A stretch of 64,000 nt of DNA from a candidate division WOR-3 bacterium (GTDB lineage Bacteria; Hydrothermota; Tepidihabitantia; Tepidihabitantales; Tepidihabitantaceae), in the NCBI GenBank assembly GCA_965649205.1, contig CBFGJV010000007.1, positions 1 through 64,000 of the forward strand. The letters run 5' to 3'. How positions within the stretch are numbered: position 1 is the first letter of the stretch; each line of letters begins with the position of its first letter. A program made the translations under genes and the position numbers. This document shows, one piece after another, positions 30,410-40,350 of this stretch. The notes under the pieces were generated by a model. The model ran no database searches. It was not told where the DNA came from and was given only the letters and a program-made list of their open reading frames with translations.

Positions 30410-30991
30410 ATGTCAGAAGTTCTGGAAATACGCTGGCACGGCCGCGGCGGGCAGGGCGCAAAGACAGCGGCGCTTCTGTTTGGCGAGGCTGCGCTCGATA
30501 CCGGCAAATTCATTCAGGCTTTTCCGGAGTACGGGCCGGAGCGAATGGGCGCGCCAGTACAGGCTTTTAACCGGCTCTCGGATAAACCAATTAGGACTCA
30601 CTCCGGCATCAAGGAGCCGAAGATAGTCGTGGTACTGGATGCTTCGCTCATCGAAACAGCTCGGGTCACCGAGGGTCTGAAGGAGGGTGGTATTCTGCTA
30701 GTGAACACCACCGAAACGCCTGAGGAGTTGCGTAAGAGGTTAAAATTGCCCGAGAACATTAAGGTTTACGCAGTTGATGCGTCGAAGATAGCGATGGAGA
30801 CAGTGGGAAAGAACGTGCCCAATACACCAATGCTTGGAGCGTTGGTCAAAGTTACAGGCGTTTTGGATTTCGAGTCAATGATGAGGGCTATCGAGCAGAA
30901 GCTCTCGGAGAAGTTTAGAGGCGGCAAGGAAAAATTCATCAAGCCCAACTTGGAGTCGGTGCGTCGGGCGTATGAAGAGGTAAAGGGATGA
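30410..30991 (+). CDS. porG: Pyruvate/2-oxoacid:ferredoxin oxidoreductase gamma subunit
   Basis: EIRWHGRGGQG, FPEYGPERMGAP, PNTPMLGA. Confidence 0.93.
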   Translation: MSEVLEIRWHGRGGQGAKTAALLFGEAALDTGKFIQAFPEYGPERMGAPVQAFNRLSDKPIRTHSGIKEPKIVVVLDASLIETARVTEGLKEGGILLVNTTETPEELRKRLKLPENIKVYAVDASKIAMETVGKNVPNTPMLGALVKVTGVLDFESMMRAIEQKLSEKFRGGKEKFIKPNLESVRRAYEEVKG

Positions 30992-31029
30992 GGGAAAGTA
31001 ATAGAAGGACGGCGATATGGCGAAATTGA
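30988..31029 (+). other. Candidate bridge ORF porG to porD (13 aa)
   Basis: ATGA overlap with the porG stop; TGA overlaps the porD start by 13 nt. Confidence 0.3.
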
Positions 31030-31307
31030 AAAGCTGGAAGGAACTGCCCTGCGGGGCGATTATTGATGACCCGAAGGCGGTACTGGAGAACAAGACCGGT
31101 GCTTGGCGTTCGCAGCGGCCGGTGTGGAACAAGGACAAATGTCTCCATTGTTTGACTTGCTGGATTTACTGTCCTGACGCAGCCATCATTGTCAAAGACG
31201 GTAAGAATTACGGTATAAACTACGATTATTGTAAGGGTTGCGGTATCTGTGCTTCGGTTTGTCCAAAGAAGGTGCAGGCGATAACGATGGAACAGGAGAG
31301 AAAATGA
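31017..31307 (+). CDS. porD: POR delta subunit (2[4Fe-4S])
   Basis: KTGAWR, CLHCLTCWIYCP, CKGCGICASVCP. Confidence 0.93.
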   Translation: MAKLKSWKELPCGAIIDDPKAVLENKTGAWRSQRPVWNKDKCLHCLTCWIYCPDAAIIVKDGKNYGINYDYCKGCGICASVCPKKVQAITMEQERK

Positions 31308-32458
31308 TACTGGCGAAAACAGGTAACGAGGCTTTGGCGTACGCGATGAAGCAGATAAATCCGGACGTGGTCGCTGCGTATCCGATAACGCCTTCTACGG
31401 AGATCGTGCAGATATTCGCTGGCTATGTGAACGACGGCCTAGTGGATTCAGAATTTGTGGCGGTGGAGTCGGAACACTCCGCCATGGCTACCTGCATCGG
31501 GGCCGCGGCCTGTGGTTGCCGAACTATGACCGCAACCGCATCTCAGGGTCTGGCTCTCATGCACGAGATGTTGTTCATTGCCGGCGGATTGCGTCTGCCC
31601 ATTGTAATGCCGATTGCTTCCCGGGCGCTTTCTTCGCCTTTGAATATTCACGGGGACCATTCTGATTCAATCGCCTCGCGCGACTCGGGCTGGATGCAGT
31701 TTTTCTGTGAGACGGTGCAGGAAGGATACGACACTCTAATCCAAGCGGTGAAGATTGCCGAAAAGGCTTCCTTGCCGGCGATTGTGGCGGTGGACGGGTT
31801 TATTCTTTCGCATTGTCTTGAGCGCATTGAGACATTTGATGACGACAAGGTGCGTGCCTGGCTGGGTCGTTGGAAGCCGAACTGGGACCTTTTGGACTAC
31901 AGGCATCCGATTCTTGTCGGTCCGGCCACAATGCAGGATTACTACTTTGAGTTCAAGCGCAGTCAGATAGAAGGGATGAACAAGGCGTTGGCCATAATAG
32001 AGGAAGTGCAAGCCGACTTTGCGCACAATTTCGGCCGGCGGTACGGGGTCATTGAAGAGTACAGAACCGAAGATGCGGAAGCAGTCGTGCTGCTGATGGG
32101 CTCGGCCTGCGGCACGATGCGGGAGTCAGTGGATGCATTGCGCCAACAGGGGAAGAAGGTGGGCATGGTGAAGCTGCGCGTATTCCGGCCGTTGCCGCAT
32201 ACGATTCTGAAGCCGGCTTTGTCCCGATTTAAGACAGTAGCGATAATGGACCGGGTCGATGCGGTGAATTCGTATGCCGGCCCCCTCTATACCGAAGTTA
32301 CGTCTTTGCTTTATGACCTGCCGCAGCGGCCCAAGGCACTTGCCTACGTGTATGGCCTCGGCGGTAAGGAGTTCACGCCTGAGGACGGAATTGGTATTCT
32401 CGAACAGGCGCTAGCGGGAAAGAAGGATGAACTGGTGACCTACGTGGGAGTGAGGTGA
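31304..32458 (+). CDS. porA: POR alpha subunit
   Basis: AYPITP, VESEHSA, TASQGL, YGLGG; ATGA overlap with porD. Confidence 0.93.
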   Translation: MILAKTGNEALAYAMKQINPDVVAAYPITPSTEIVQIFAGYVNDGLVDSEFVAVESEHSAMATCIGAAACGCRTMTATASQGLALMHEMLFIAGGLRLPIVMPIASRALSSPLNIHGDHSDSIASRDSGWMQFFCETVQEGYDTLIQAVKIAEKASLPAIVAVDGFILSHCLERIETFDDDKVRAWLGRWKPNWDLLDYRHPILVGPATMQDYYFEFKRSQIEGMNKALAIIEEVQADFAHNFGRRYGVIEEYRTEDAEAVVLLMGSACGTMRESVDALRQQGKKVGMVKLRVFRPLPHTILKPALSRFKTVAIMDRVDAVNSYAGPLYTEVTSLLYDLPQRPKALAYVYGLGGKEFTPEDGIGILEQALAGKKDELVTYVGVR

Positions 32459-32461
32459 GTG

Positions 32462-32542
32462 ATGAGGACTGATTTCAGACACCAGATACCAGATGTCAGA
32501 TTGCAGAACAGGATGCAAAAGGAGCAGACATGGCGCGGCTAA
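32462..32542 (+). other. Candidate bridge ORF porA to porB (26 aa)
   Basis: GAGG then ATG 3 nt after the porA stop; TAA overlaps the porB start by 13 nt. Confidence 0.4.
32474..32508 (+). repeat. Five degenerate heptamer repeats (core CAGA, period 7)
   Basis: CAGA at 32476, 32483, 32490, 32497, 32504. Confidence 0.7.
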
Positions 32543-33468
32543 AGGACCTGTGTAAGAATCCGGAGTTGTTTTCAAGCGGGCATCGGGCGTGCGCCGGCTG
32601 CGGTGAGGCGCTCGCAGTCAGGCAGGTACTGCTTGCCACTCCGCCCCATAAGGTGGTAGGCATTATGCCTACGGGGTGTACCGAGATATTCTCGTCCATC
32701 TATCCGCATTCGGCTTGGCAGATTCCGATGATTCACACCGCTTTTGAGACTGCGGCTTCGACTGCGGCCGGAGTAGAGACTGCGTACCGGTTCAAGAAGA
32801 AGATGGGACTCATTCAGGACGACCTCAAGTTCATAGCTTTTGGCGGAGACGGCGGCACTTATGACATTGGATTCCAGGCCATCTCTGGCGCATTTGAGCG
32901 TCGGCACCGATTCCTTTACGTGTGCACGGATAACGAAGGCTATATGAACACTGGCATTCAGCGGTCATCGGCAACGCCCTACGGCGCCCACACTACCACA
33001 TCGCCGGCCGGCGAAGTAGTACCCGGCAAGCAAATGCATCGCAAGGACATAATGGAAATCATTATCGCCCACAATCCGGCTTATGCGGCTCAGACTACCA
33101 TCGCGTTGTGGAACGACCTTGTGACTAAAGTGCAGAAAGCCCTGGCTGCGGACGGTCCGTCATTTCTGAACATACTGGTGCCGTGTCCTCTGGGCTGGGG
33201 TCATCCGGGTGACATGACGATTGAATTATCCCGGCTTGCTGCCGATACCTGCTTCTGGCCGATGTACGAGTACGAGAACGGCAAGTACAAGATAACCTAT
33301 GAACCGAAAGAGAAGAAACCGGTCGAAGAGTTCATGAAGCCGCAGGGGCGCTTTGCGCATCTGTTCAAGTCAGAGGCCGGCAAAGCTATAATTGCAGAAA
33401 ACCAGCGCTACATTGATGCACAATGGTCACTCCTGCACAAAAAGCAGGAAGCTCTCTGCGTTCCGTAG
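32530..33468 (+). CDS. porB: POR beta subunit (TPP-binding)
   Basis: GHRACAGCG, GGDGG, DNEGYMNTG, PCPLGW. Confidence 0.94.
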   Translation: MARLKDLCKNPELFSSGHRACAGCGEALAVRQVLLATPPHKVVGIMPTGCTEIFSSIYPHSAWQIPMIHTAFETAASTAAGVETAYRFKKKMGLIQDDLKFIAFGGDGGTYDIGFQAISGAFERRHRFLYVCTDNEGYMNTGIQRSSATPYGAHTTTSPAGEVVPGKQMHRKDIMEIIIAHNPAYAAQTTIALWNDLVTKVQKALAADGPSFLNILVPCPLGWGHPGDMTIELSRLAADTCFWPMYEYENGKYKITYEPKEKKPVEEFMKPQGRFAHLFKSEAGKAIIAENQRYIDAQWSLLHKKQEALCVP

Positions 33469-33516
33469 GCGACGCTATCCCTAACTGTCTCGCTTTACGC
33501 CAGTAAAGTCAGGCGT

Positions 33517-34161
33517 CTAGTCGAGTTTCTTGTGGCAGAACCACCAGTCGTAGCATTCGTACTGGTTTGGCCGTTCGGCTGCAGTTTTCTCATCCCGGGC
33601 TGGCGGGATAATGACACGGTCGCCTACCAGTTCGTTGTGGGGCCAGTTTGCCGGCATTGCCACCTTGTTGGCGTCGGATACCTGTAGCGCTTTCACTATC
33701 CGCAGCAATTCGTCCATATTCCGGCCCAGTTCCTGCGGATAATAGAGAATGGTGCGCACGACGCCAGCCGGGTCCACCAGGAACACCGCCCGTACTGTGC
33801 TCGTGCCCTTGCCTGGATGAATCAGTCCCAGGCGCATCGCCACCTTGCCCACATCGTCTGAGATTATGGGGAACTTGATTTCGACGCCAAGCTTCTCCTT
33901 TGTCCACTGCACCCATTTGATATGAGAGAATACCTGGTCGATGCTCAGACCGATGAGTTCACAACCGAGTTTCTGAAACTCGTCCCAGCGCTTCTGGAAT
34001 GCTACGAACTCAGTCGTGCATACCGGCGTAAAGTCGGCGGGGTGGCTGAATAGAATAAACCACTTGCCCTTGTAATCTTGGGGCAGGTTCTTAGGTCCGT
34101 GCGTGGTGTGCACGGTGATGTCAGGGAACTTATTCCCGATGAGCGGCATTACGTTATCCAT
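33517..34161 (-). CDS. Peroxiredoxin (Prx6/archaeal-thermophile type)
   Basis: [19 protein letters not shown]-terminal CYDWWFC; AGGAGG RBS. Confidence 0.93.
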   Translation of the reverse strand: MDNVMPLIGNKFPDITVHTTHGPKNLPQDYKGKWFILFSHPADFTPVCTTEFVAFQKRWDEFQKLGCELIGLSIDQVFSHIKWVQWTKEKLGVEIKFPIISDDVGKVAMRLGLIHPGKGTSTVRAVFLVDPAGVVRTILYYPQELGRNMDELLRIVKALQVSDANKVAMPANWPHNELVGDRVIIPPARDEKTAAERPNQYECYDWWFCHKKLD

Positions 34162-34344
34162 ATTTATCCTCCTTGCCGCAATGGCGCGGCGGTTATGTTG
34201 ACATTAGCCTTAGCTCACAGTCCTGCTTGTGTTTTTCTTGTTGAACATGACTACAAAGTTAGAAATAACGAGAACGTCTCTGCTGACGGCGCAGTCTGGA
34301 ACGAAGCAGAAAGCCAATGTTGGCTTGGACATAAGCAGTACCTT

Positions 34345-36544
34345 TCAGTCTAGCTTAAGCAGGCTGATAGTGGTCTGGCGACGGTGGGCTTGCAGTCGGC
34401 AAAAGTAGACGCCGGGCGGAGCAATTGCTCCTGTATTGGTTCTGCCGTCCCAGACGATACCGCCGGTTTTTGTCTCTTCCCCGCTGAGTATAAATCTGCG
34501 CATCAGAGAACCGGATGCGTCAAAGATGGAAAGTTCGGCACTCTGGCTGGAACCAGGAAGCAGGCGCAGGAAAACTGAACTGCGAAAAGGGTTCGTCTTT
34601 GCCTCCAGAAACAGATAGGGGTAGGGGGAGGCGTTGTGTTCTTCTATACCTGCGCCCGGGAAGACCGTAACGAACTTGGACATGGCGTTATTGGCCAGAT
34701 TTACGTCGTCTGCTATCTGCAGAGTACAGCAAGCAAGGTGCGTTCCTGACGTGCGGGTCTTCCAATAGGGGAAGGTCAGTGTGGTCTCGCTTCCCGGTTC
34801 TATATTCTTCTGCCCGCTGCGAAAGTAATTGTCGCCAGGTATGCGGAAGATGCCGCGCACCTGTTCGGTTGTCGTACCGTAGTTTTTCAGCCGTATGCGG
34901 GGGAAGATGGTCGCGCCTGTGTCTACAGTATCCGGCGGCACCTCGATAGCTGTGATAGCGATATCTCTAACTCGTACCAGCACGGAGTCGTCGTTGTAGT
35001 CGTTTTCCGGGTACTGGTCCGTGGCTAGCGCGGTTGAACAGCGGGAGCGGAACAGGCCGCGGGTGGGTGCAGTCCAAGTGCGGAAGGAGACTCTTACCGT
35101 GTCACGGGGGGCGAGATTTGTCACCTGTTGGGTGTCGCAATAGGTGGAGCCGATGCGCACTATGACCGGGAAGGAAACAGGTGAATGGCTGAAGTTGCCC
35201 ACGAGTGCCTGGGGCACAGCGGTCTGACTGGAGTCGTATATTCCGACTGGTGTTGGTCCGTCCAGGAGGGCAACGTCAGGATTATAGGGACGCACACTGG
35301 CAAGAGCATATACCATCTGCCAAGTGTCAGGTATGGCCAGTGGCGTTTCCCGCGAGGGAATAATATTGCCCCAGGGGAGAAATTGAGCAGAGTAGTAAGT
35401 CACTTCTCCAAATTTGCCGTCCGGCAGGTCGTCGTAGCAGGAGATAAAGACAGAATCGGTAGTGCCGTCGCGGATGTAGTCGGAACCGTCAGTTAGGTCG
35501 AAAACAATCCTGTGGGAAGGAAACGGATGGTCCACGCTGGCCTGGCGCCAGCCACGGAAGTCACGGAACCATAAAGGGGTCTCGCGCGGACCAACCATAA
35601 ACGAGATACCCAGGCGGTCGCGAGCCGGATGATTGATGCGTACCCGGGCGTACATCTGGGGGACGAAACCGACTGTATCCTCCAACCACCCTACCTGCAG
35701 CATGGAAAGAAATGCGTCCATGACCGCCGTATACGACATCCAGAAGTAGCCGGCCTGTCCCCAGCCAGTTCCCCAGGAGTCTACACAGCGAAATGCTCCC
35801 TTTCCGTCGCGGGTAGTCAAGGTGTCGTCGTATCCTACTATGGTTATTAGGTGGCCGCCGCGATTGGAGCCAGTACGGTCAGCAGAACAATACGTGTAGT
35901 TATGCAGGTGGATTTTATCAAAGTTGTCCCACACCCATATGGCGAGGCAGGAAGTAGAAGCCGTTGTTCAGCAGCTGCTTGATAATGGCTATGCCGGAGG
36001 AATCTCGGGTGTAGGCCCAATGCCAATCCTTACAGCGAAAAGGAATCGCATTGTAAAACGCCTGTTCAGTGGGCCAAGTCACCGGGTCACGGTCGTTGTA
36101 AGGGCAGTCAGCCAGGCTGGCCGCACCCTGCTCACAAATGAGGCCGAAATTGTTGGAAAAACCGGAGCCCCGGTCGGCGCCGCCATTTACCTGATTGTAG
36201 GTAAACGCCGGGCTGAACTGGTGGCGAGGGTTGGTCAGATCCCAGCGTCGTTCAGCATACTCAAGCTGGGTGCGGTGATAGTAGGTGGTTGCCCAAGAAG
36301 CGCAGGAACCCTGGCCGCCCTGGTTTCCCACGGGCGGCATCTGGTCTGACAGGTCAACTCTGATTACATTCTTGTAACATTGGGCTCCTGGCGCTGCCGC
36401 GACGAACTTTACCTCGCGAGCCGGTGCCGTTCTGCTTAGGTCTTCGTAGTTAAAACCAAGTGGATGTAATTCTGCGTAGGCTAAATCCGCAAAAAGAAAA
36501 GCAAGACAGGCAAGGCAGAAGATAGGATATAGTTTCCGGGGCAA
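34345..36544 (-). pseudogene. Secreted papain-like (C1A) cysteine protease with CARDB/Ig-like domains and a C-terminal FlgD-Ig/T9SS-like sorting domain; one frameshift near 35958
   Basis: QGGQGSCASW, GGH..TIVGYDD, SWG..WG..GYFW; removing one T in GGCTTCTAC gives NG-STSCLAIWVWDNF; TTG start with AAGGAG RBS (or ATG 36583). Confidence 0.82.
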
Positions 36545-36590
36545 TTTTTCTCCTTTGTTTTTGGCTAGGGATGTCCGATGCATTCATTTC

Positions 36591-36618
36591 AATATAACAT
36601 AGGCGAGGAATGGGTCAA
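36591..36618 (-). promoter_or_regulatory. sigma70-type promoter (C1A protease)
   Basis: TTGACC-N16-TATATT with an extended TG. Confidence 0.65.
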
Positions 36619-36700
36619 GAATACTTACTGCCTGCGTTCTCTCAGTCCCAACTAACTCTAACTTCCAAAGGTTCTTACTTGGATACCGGCATGCGGCTTC

Positions 36701-36728
36701 TTGACACAGAAAGCGAAGTATATACACT
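36701..36728 (+). promoter_or_regulatory. sigma70-type promoter of the adk operon
   Basis: TTGACA-N16-TACACT. Confidence 0.75.
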
Positions 36729-36748
36729 TGCGCAGGTGTAAACTCTGT

Positions 36749-37417
36749 ATGAGTACGAAACCCCTCAATATTGTTTTGCTTGGGCCGCCCGGAGGCGGGA
36801 AGGGCACGCAGGCAGAGCTTATGCGCGAGCGGCTTGGGTTTGTGCACTACTCCACCGGGGATGTTTTCCGGGATCACATAAAGCGTCGGACTTCTGTCGG
36901 ACAGCAGGTAGAAGAGTTTGTGACATCAGGCAGGCTGGTGCCGGACAGAATAGTTCTGGAAGTAGTAAGCGTTTTTCTGCAAGAAAACGCCGGTAAGTCT
37001 ATTCTCTTCGACGGCTTTCCCCGCACAGTTCCTCAGGCCGAAGGCCTTGAGCAGGTTCTTGAACAGCATCAATTGAAAGTAGACCGGGCCGTGCTGATTG
37101 AATTGAGCGATGAAGAAGTGGTCAGACGTTTGTCCGGTCGTAGGCAGTGTCGCAGTTGTGGCAAGATATATAACCTTACCTTCAGTCCCCCTAGAGCCGA
37201 GGGAATCTGTGACGCGTGCGGCGGCGAATTGTATCAGCGTGACGATGATAGAGAGGAGACCATCCGAGACCGACTGAGGGTGTATCATCAACAGACAGAG
37301 CCGCTGGTTGATTACTATCAGAGGAAACAAAGGCTAGAACGCATACCGGGTGATATAGGTAGAGACAGGGTGTTTGAGCAAATCCAAAAGATAATCACCG
37401 CCGCGCGTCAGTTGTGA
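36749..37417 (+). CDS. adk: Adenylate kinase (Zn-lid)
   Basis: GPPGGGKGTQ, DGFPR, CRSC...CDAC lid, QRDDD. Confidence 0.97.
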   Translation: MSTKPLNIVLLGPPGGGKGTQAELMRERLGFVHYSTGDVFRDHIKRRTSVGQQVEEFVTSGRLVPDRIVLEVVSVFLQENAGKSILFDGFPRTVPQAEGLEQVLEQHQLKVDRAVLIELSDEEVVRRLSGRRQCRSCGKIYNLTFSPPRAEGICDACGGELYQRDDDREETIRDRLRVYHQQTEPLVDYYQRKQRLERIPGDIGRDRVFEQIQKIITAARQL

Positions 37418-37426
37418 GGCAGAACC

Positions 37427-38173
37427 TTGCCGGTGCACATAAAGACCGAAAGAGAGATTGCCGGTATTCGCCAGTCGGGGGCTATCTGCGCCGAGGTGTT
37501 TCGTTTGATGGAGTCGGCAGTAGAGCCGGGTATCAGTCTGAAGCAGCTGGAGAGGATATGCGTGGAGTGCATCCGTTCGTATGGCGCCGAACCGACTTTT
37601 CTGGGATACAGAGGTTTCCCCGGTGCAGTTTGTCTTTCTGTGAACGAGGAAGTGGTGCACGGTATTCCGACTGAGCGCAAATTGGTGGAAGGAGATATTC
37701 TGAAGGTTGATGTAGGCGTGACCAAGGACGGGTTTATTGCCGATGCGGCCAGAACATATGAAGTGGGTAGAGTAAAACCGGAAGTGCATGCGTTAGTGCT
37801 TGCGACCGAACAAGTATTCCGCTTGGGAGCGGGACAGGCCAGGGCGGGTAATAGAGTAAAAGACATTAGTGCGGCTATACAACGGTACGTGGAAAAGCGG
37901 GGCTACTCGGTGGTTCGGGATTTGTGCGGTCATGGAGTAGGTCTGGAGCTGCACGAGGAACCGCAGGTGCCTAACTTTATCGGTCGCAACAAGGGTTTGA
38001 AATTGGTGCCGGGAATGACCTTGGCGATTGAGCCGATGGTGAATATGGGCAGTTGGGAAGTAGAGACGAAAGATAACGGCTGGACGGTGATAACGCGAGA
38101 CCGTTTACCCTCGGCCCATTATGAGAACACCGTACTTGTTACTGAGGACGAACCGGTTATACTTACTACGTAA
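37427..38173 (+). CDS. map: Methionine aminopeptidase type I
   Basis: SVNEEVVHGIP, GHGVG..LHEEP, IEPM, SAHYE. Confidence 0.97.
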   Translation: MPVHIKTEREIAGIRQSGAICAEVFRLMESAVEPGISLKQLERICVECIRSYGAEPTFLGYRGFPGAVCLSVNEEVVHGIPTERKLVEGDILKVDVGVTKDGFIADAARTYEVGRVKPEVHALVLATEQVFRLGAGQARAGNRVKDISAAIQRYVEKRGYSVVRDLCGHGVGLELHEEPQVPNFIGRNKGLKLVPGMTLAIEPMVNMGSWEVETKDNGWTVITRDRLPSAHYENTVLVTEDEPVILTT

Positions 38174-38182
38174 TACACGGTT

Positions 38183-38221
38183 ATGGTTTGTGCGGCGATA
38201 GGCAAAAATAGCAATCGGTAA
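38183..38221 (+). other. Candidate bridge ORF map to infA (12 aa)
   Basis: ATG 9 nt after the map stop; TAA 6 nt before the infA ATG. Confidence 0.25.
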
Positions 38222-38227
38222 TTAGGT

Positions 38228-38446
38228 ATGGCAAAGAAAGACCTTATACAGCTTGAAGGAGTGATTACCGAAGCTCTTCCCAATGCGACCTTCCGGGTTG
38301 AGCTGGATAATGGTCACAAGGTGCTTGCCCACGTGTCTGGCCGCATGCGGATGAACTGGATAAGAATACTGCCCGGAGATAGGGTGACGGTGGAATTTTC
38401 TCCTTATGACCTGAACCGCGGCAGGATTATATATCGTTTCAAGTAG
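38228..38446 (+). CDS. infA: Translation initiation factor IF-1
   Basis: [27 protein letters not shown]. Confidence 0.98.
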   Translation: MAKKDLIQLEGVITEALPNATFRVELDNGHKVLAHVSGRMRMNWIRILPGDRVTVEFSPYDLNRGRIIYRFK

Positions 38447-38454
38447 GAGGTTTT

Positions 38455-38571
38455 GTGAAGGTTAGAACTTCAGTGAAACCACGTTGTGCTCACTGCAAGG
38501 TGGTCAGACGCAAGGGCGTGGTGCGGGTAATCTGTAAGCGCGAACCCAAACATAAACAGAGGCAGGGCTAG
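38455..38571 (+). CDS. rpmJ: 50S ribosomal protein L36
   Basis: Manual translation from [50 protein letters not shown]. Confidence 0.96.
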   Translation: MKVRTSVKPRCAHCKVVRRKGVVRVICKREPKHKQRQG

Positions 38572-38574
38572 AAG

Positions 38575-38637
38575 ATGCCCGTAGCCGCGTGTCCGGCACG
38601 GCGGCTGATGTACGGCAGTAGGCCCCTGCGAACCTGA
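38575..38637 (+). other. Candidate bridge ORF rpmJ to pyrG (20 aa)
   Basis: ATG 3 nt after the rpmJ stop; TGATG overlap with pyrG, which has no SD. Confidence 0.45.
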
Positions 38638-40241
38638 TGGCCAAGTACATTTTTGTCACAGGCGGGGTAGTTTCGTCGCTAGGCAAGGGTATCGCTACTT
38701 CTTCCATTGGCCTTCTGTTGAAGAGCAGAGGGTTGACCGTGGTACCCTTAAAGTTTGACCCATACGTGAACGTTGATCCGGGAACGATGAGTCCTTTTCA
38801 ACACGGGGAGGTTTTTGTCACAGAGGACGGGGCGGAGACAGACTTGGACTTGGGGCACTATGAGAGATTCATCGACCTAAACCTGTCTCAGGACAACAAC
38901 CTTACTACGGGACAGATTTATCTATCCGTCATAGAGAAAGAGCGGCGTGGTGAGTATTTGGGTCGTACCATTCAAGTAGTTCCTCACATTACAGGTGAGA
39001 TAAAGAGTCGCATCAGAAAGTTGGCAGACCGTCGGGATGTGGTTATTACCGAGATTGGAGGCACGGTCGGCGATATCGAAAGTCTGCCATTCCTAGAGGC
39101 GGCCCGGCAGTTTGCACTGGAAGAGGGCAAGGAGAATGTACTTTACATTCATCTTACCCTGGTACCTTATATCAGTGCTTCATGCGAATACAAGACAAAA
39201 CCTACTCAGCATTCGGTAAACAAGTTACGCGAGATCGGTATTCAGCCGGACATATTGATGTGTCGGGCAGAGTCTCCTCTTCCGCCTGAGGCCCGAGAGA
39301 AAATTGCGCTGTTCTGCAATGTGCGGCCTGAAGCGGTGATCGAAGCTATAGATGTGGACAGCGTGTATAAGGTTCCTTTGGTCTTTGCTGCGCAGAAACT
39401 GGATCAACTGGTCTGCAAGATGCTGAAATTGCGCTGCCAACCATTGCAACTGAGCTCCTGGAAAGAGTTTGTGCATAGATTAGAAAACAGTTCCCAGACA
39501 CTGGAGATAGGCCTTTGCGGCAAATATGTGGGCCTGCACGATGCTTACAAATCGGTTATCGAGGCAATTCATCACGCGGCTGCGGCTCTGGGCGTAAAGG
39601 CGCAGATACGTTGGCTGGAAGCGCAGGAGATAACTGCCGCCACAGTGGAGCAGAAGCTGGCCGGCTTGGCCGGCCTGGTGGTGCCGGGAGGATTCGGAGT
39701 GAGGGGAATGGAGGGGAAAATAGAGGCTATTACATTTTGTCGCGAACGTGAATTGCCTTTTCTGGGACTATGTGTGGGTATGCAGGTGGCGGTTATAGAG
39801 TTTGCCCGTTCCGTATGCGGTTTGAAAGACGCTAATTCCACCGAGTTTAATCCTCGTACCAGGCATCCCGTTATCTTTCTGCTGCCGCAGCAGAGAGGTA
39901 TTAGGCGTAAAGGCCATACCATGCGGCTTGGTTCCTATCCCTGTCGTCTGCGTCGGGGAACATTGGCTTACCGGTGTTATGGTCGTGAGAGTATTGCGGA
40001 GCGACACCGTCATCGCTATGAGTTCAACAATCGGTATCTGCAGGAGCTGGAACGGCGCGGGATGATAGCAAGCGGGAAATCGCCGGATGGAGAGCTGGTA
40101 GAGATAGTGGAGCTCAGAGGTCATCCCTTTTTTCTGGCTTGTCAGTTTCATCCGGAGTTCAAGTCCCGTCCTTTGAGACCCCATCCTTTGTTTCTGGGAT
40201 TCCTCAAAGCCGCGCGTAAAGCGGCATCTTCGCCTGCATAA
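38637..40241 (+). CDS. pyrG: CTP synthase
   Basis: GGVVSSLGKG, KTKPTQHSV, GLCVGMQ, ERHRHRYE, QFHPE. Confidence 0.98.
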   Translation: MAKYIFVTGGVVSSLGKGIATSSIGLLLKSRGLTVVPLKFDPYVNVDPGTMSPFQHGEVFVTEDGAETDLDLGHYERFIDLNLSQDNNLTTGQIYLSVIEKERRGEYLGRTIQVVPHITGEIKSRIRKLADRRDVVITEIGGTVGDIESLPFLEAARQFALEEGKENVLYIHLTLVPYISASCEYKTKPTQHSVNKLREIGIQPDILMCRAESPLPPEAREKIALFCNVRPEAVIEAIDVDSVYKVPLVFAAQKLDQLVCKMLKLRCQPLQLSSWKEFVHRLENSSQTLEIGLCGKYVGLHDAYKSVIEAIHHAAAALGVKAQIRWLEAQEITAATVEQKLAGLAGLVVPGGFGVRGMEGKIEAITFCRERELPFLGLCVGMQVAVIEFARSVCGLKDANSTEFNPRTRHPVIFLLPQQRGIRRKGHTMRLGSYPCRLRRGTLAYRCYGRESIAERHRHRYEFNNRYLQELERRGMIASGKSPDGELVEIVELRGHPFFLACQFHPEFKSRPLRPHPLFLGFLKAARKAASSPA

Positions 40242-40350
40242 GCCCTAGGTTCTGTTTCCGACTTGACCGGGCGGGTTGTTTGTTCAGCCCGTTGACAGGA
40301 CTGTGATTGTGGGTCAGAATGACACTAACACAAATGAGGTACCAAGCAGA

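Noticed and set aside
34210..34332. 40-aa minus-strand ORF starting 12 nt after the protease stop
   Set aside because: Ends about 48 nt short of the prx start, so only a partial bridge; no recognisable product
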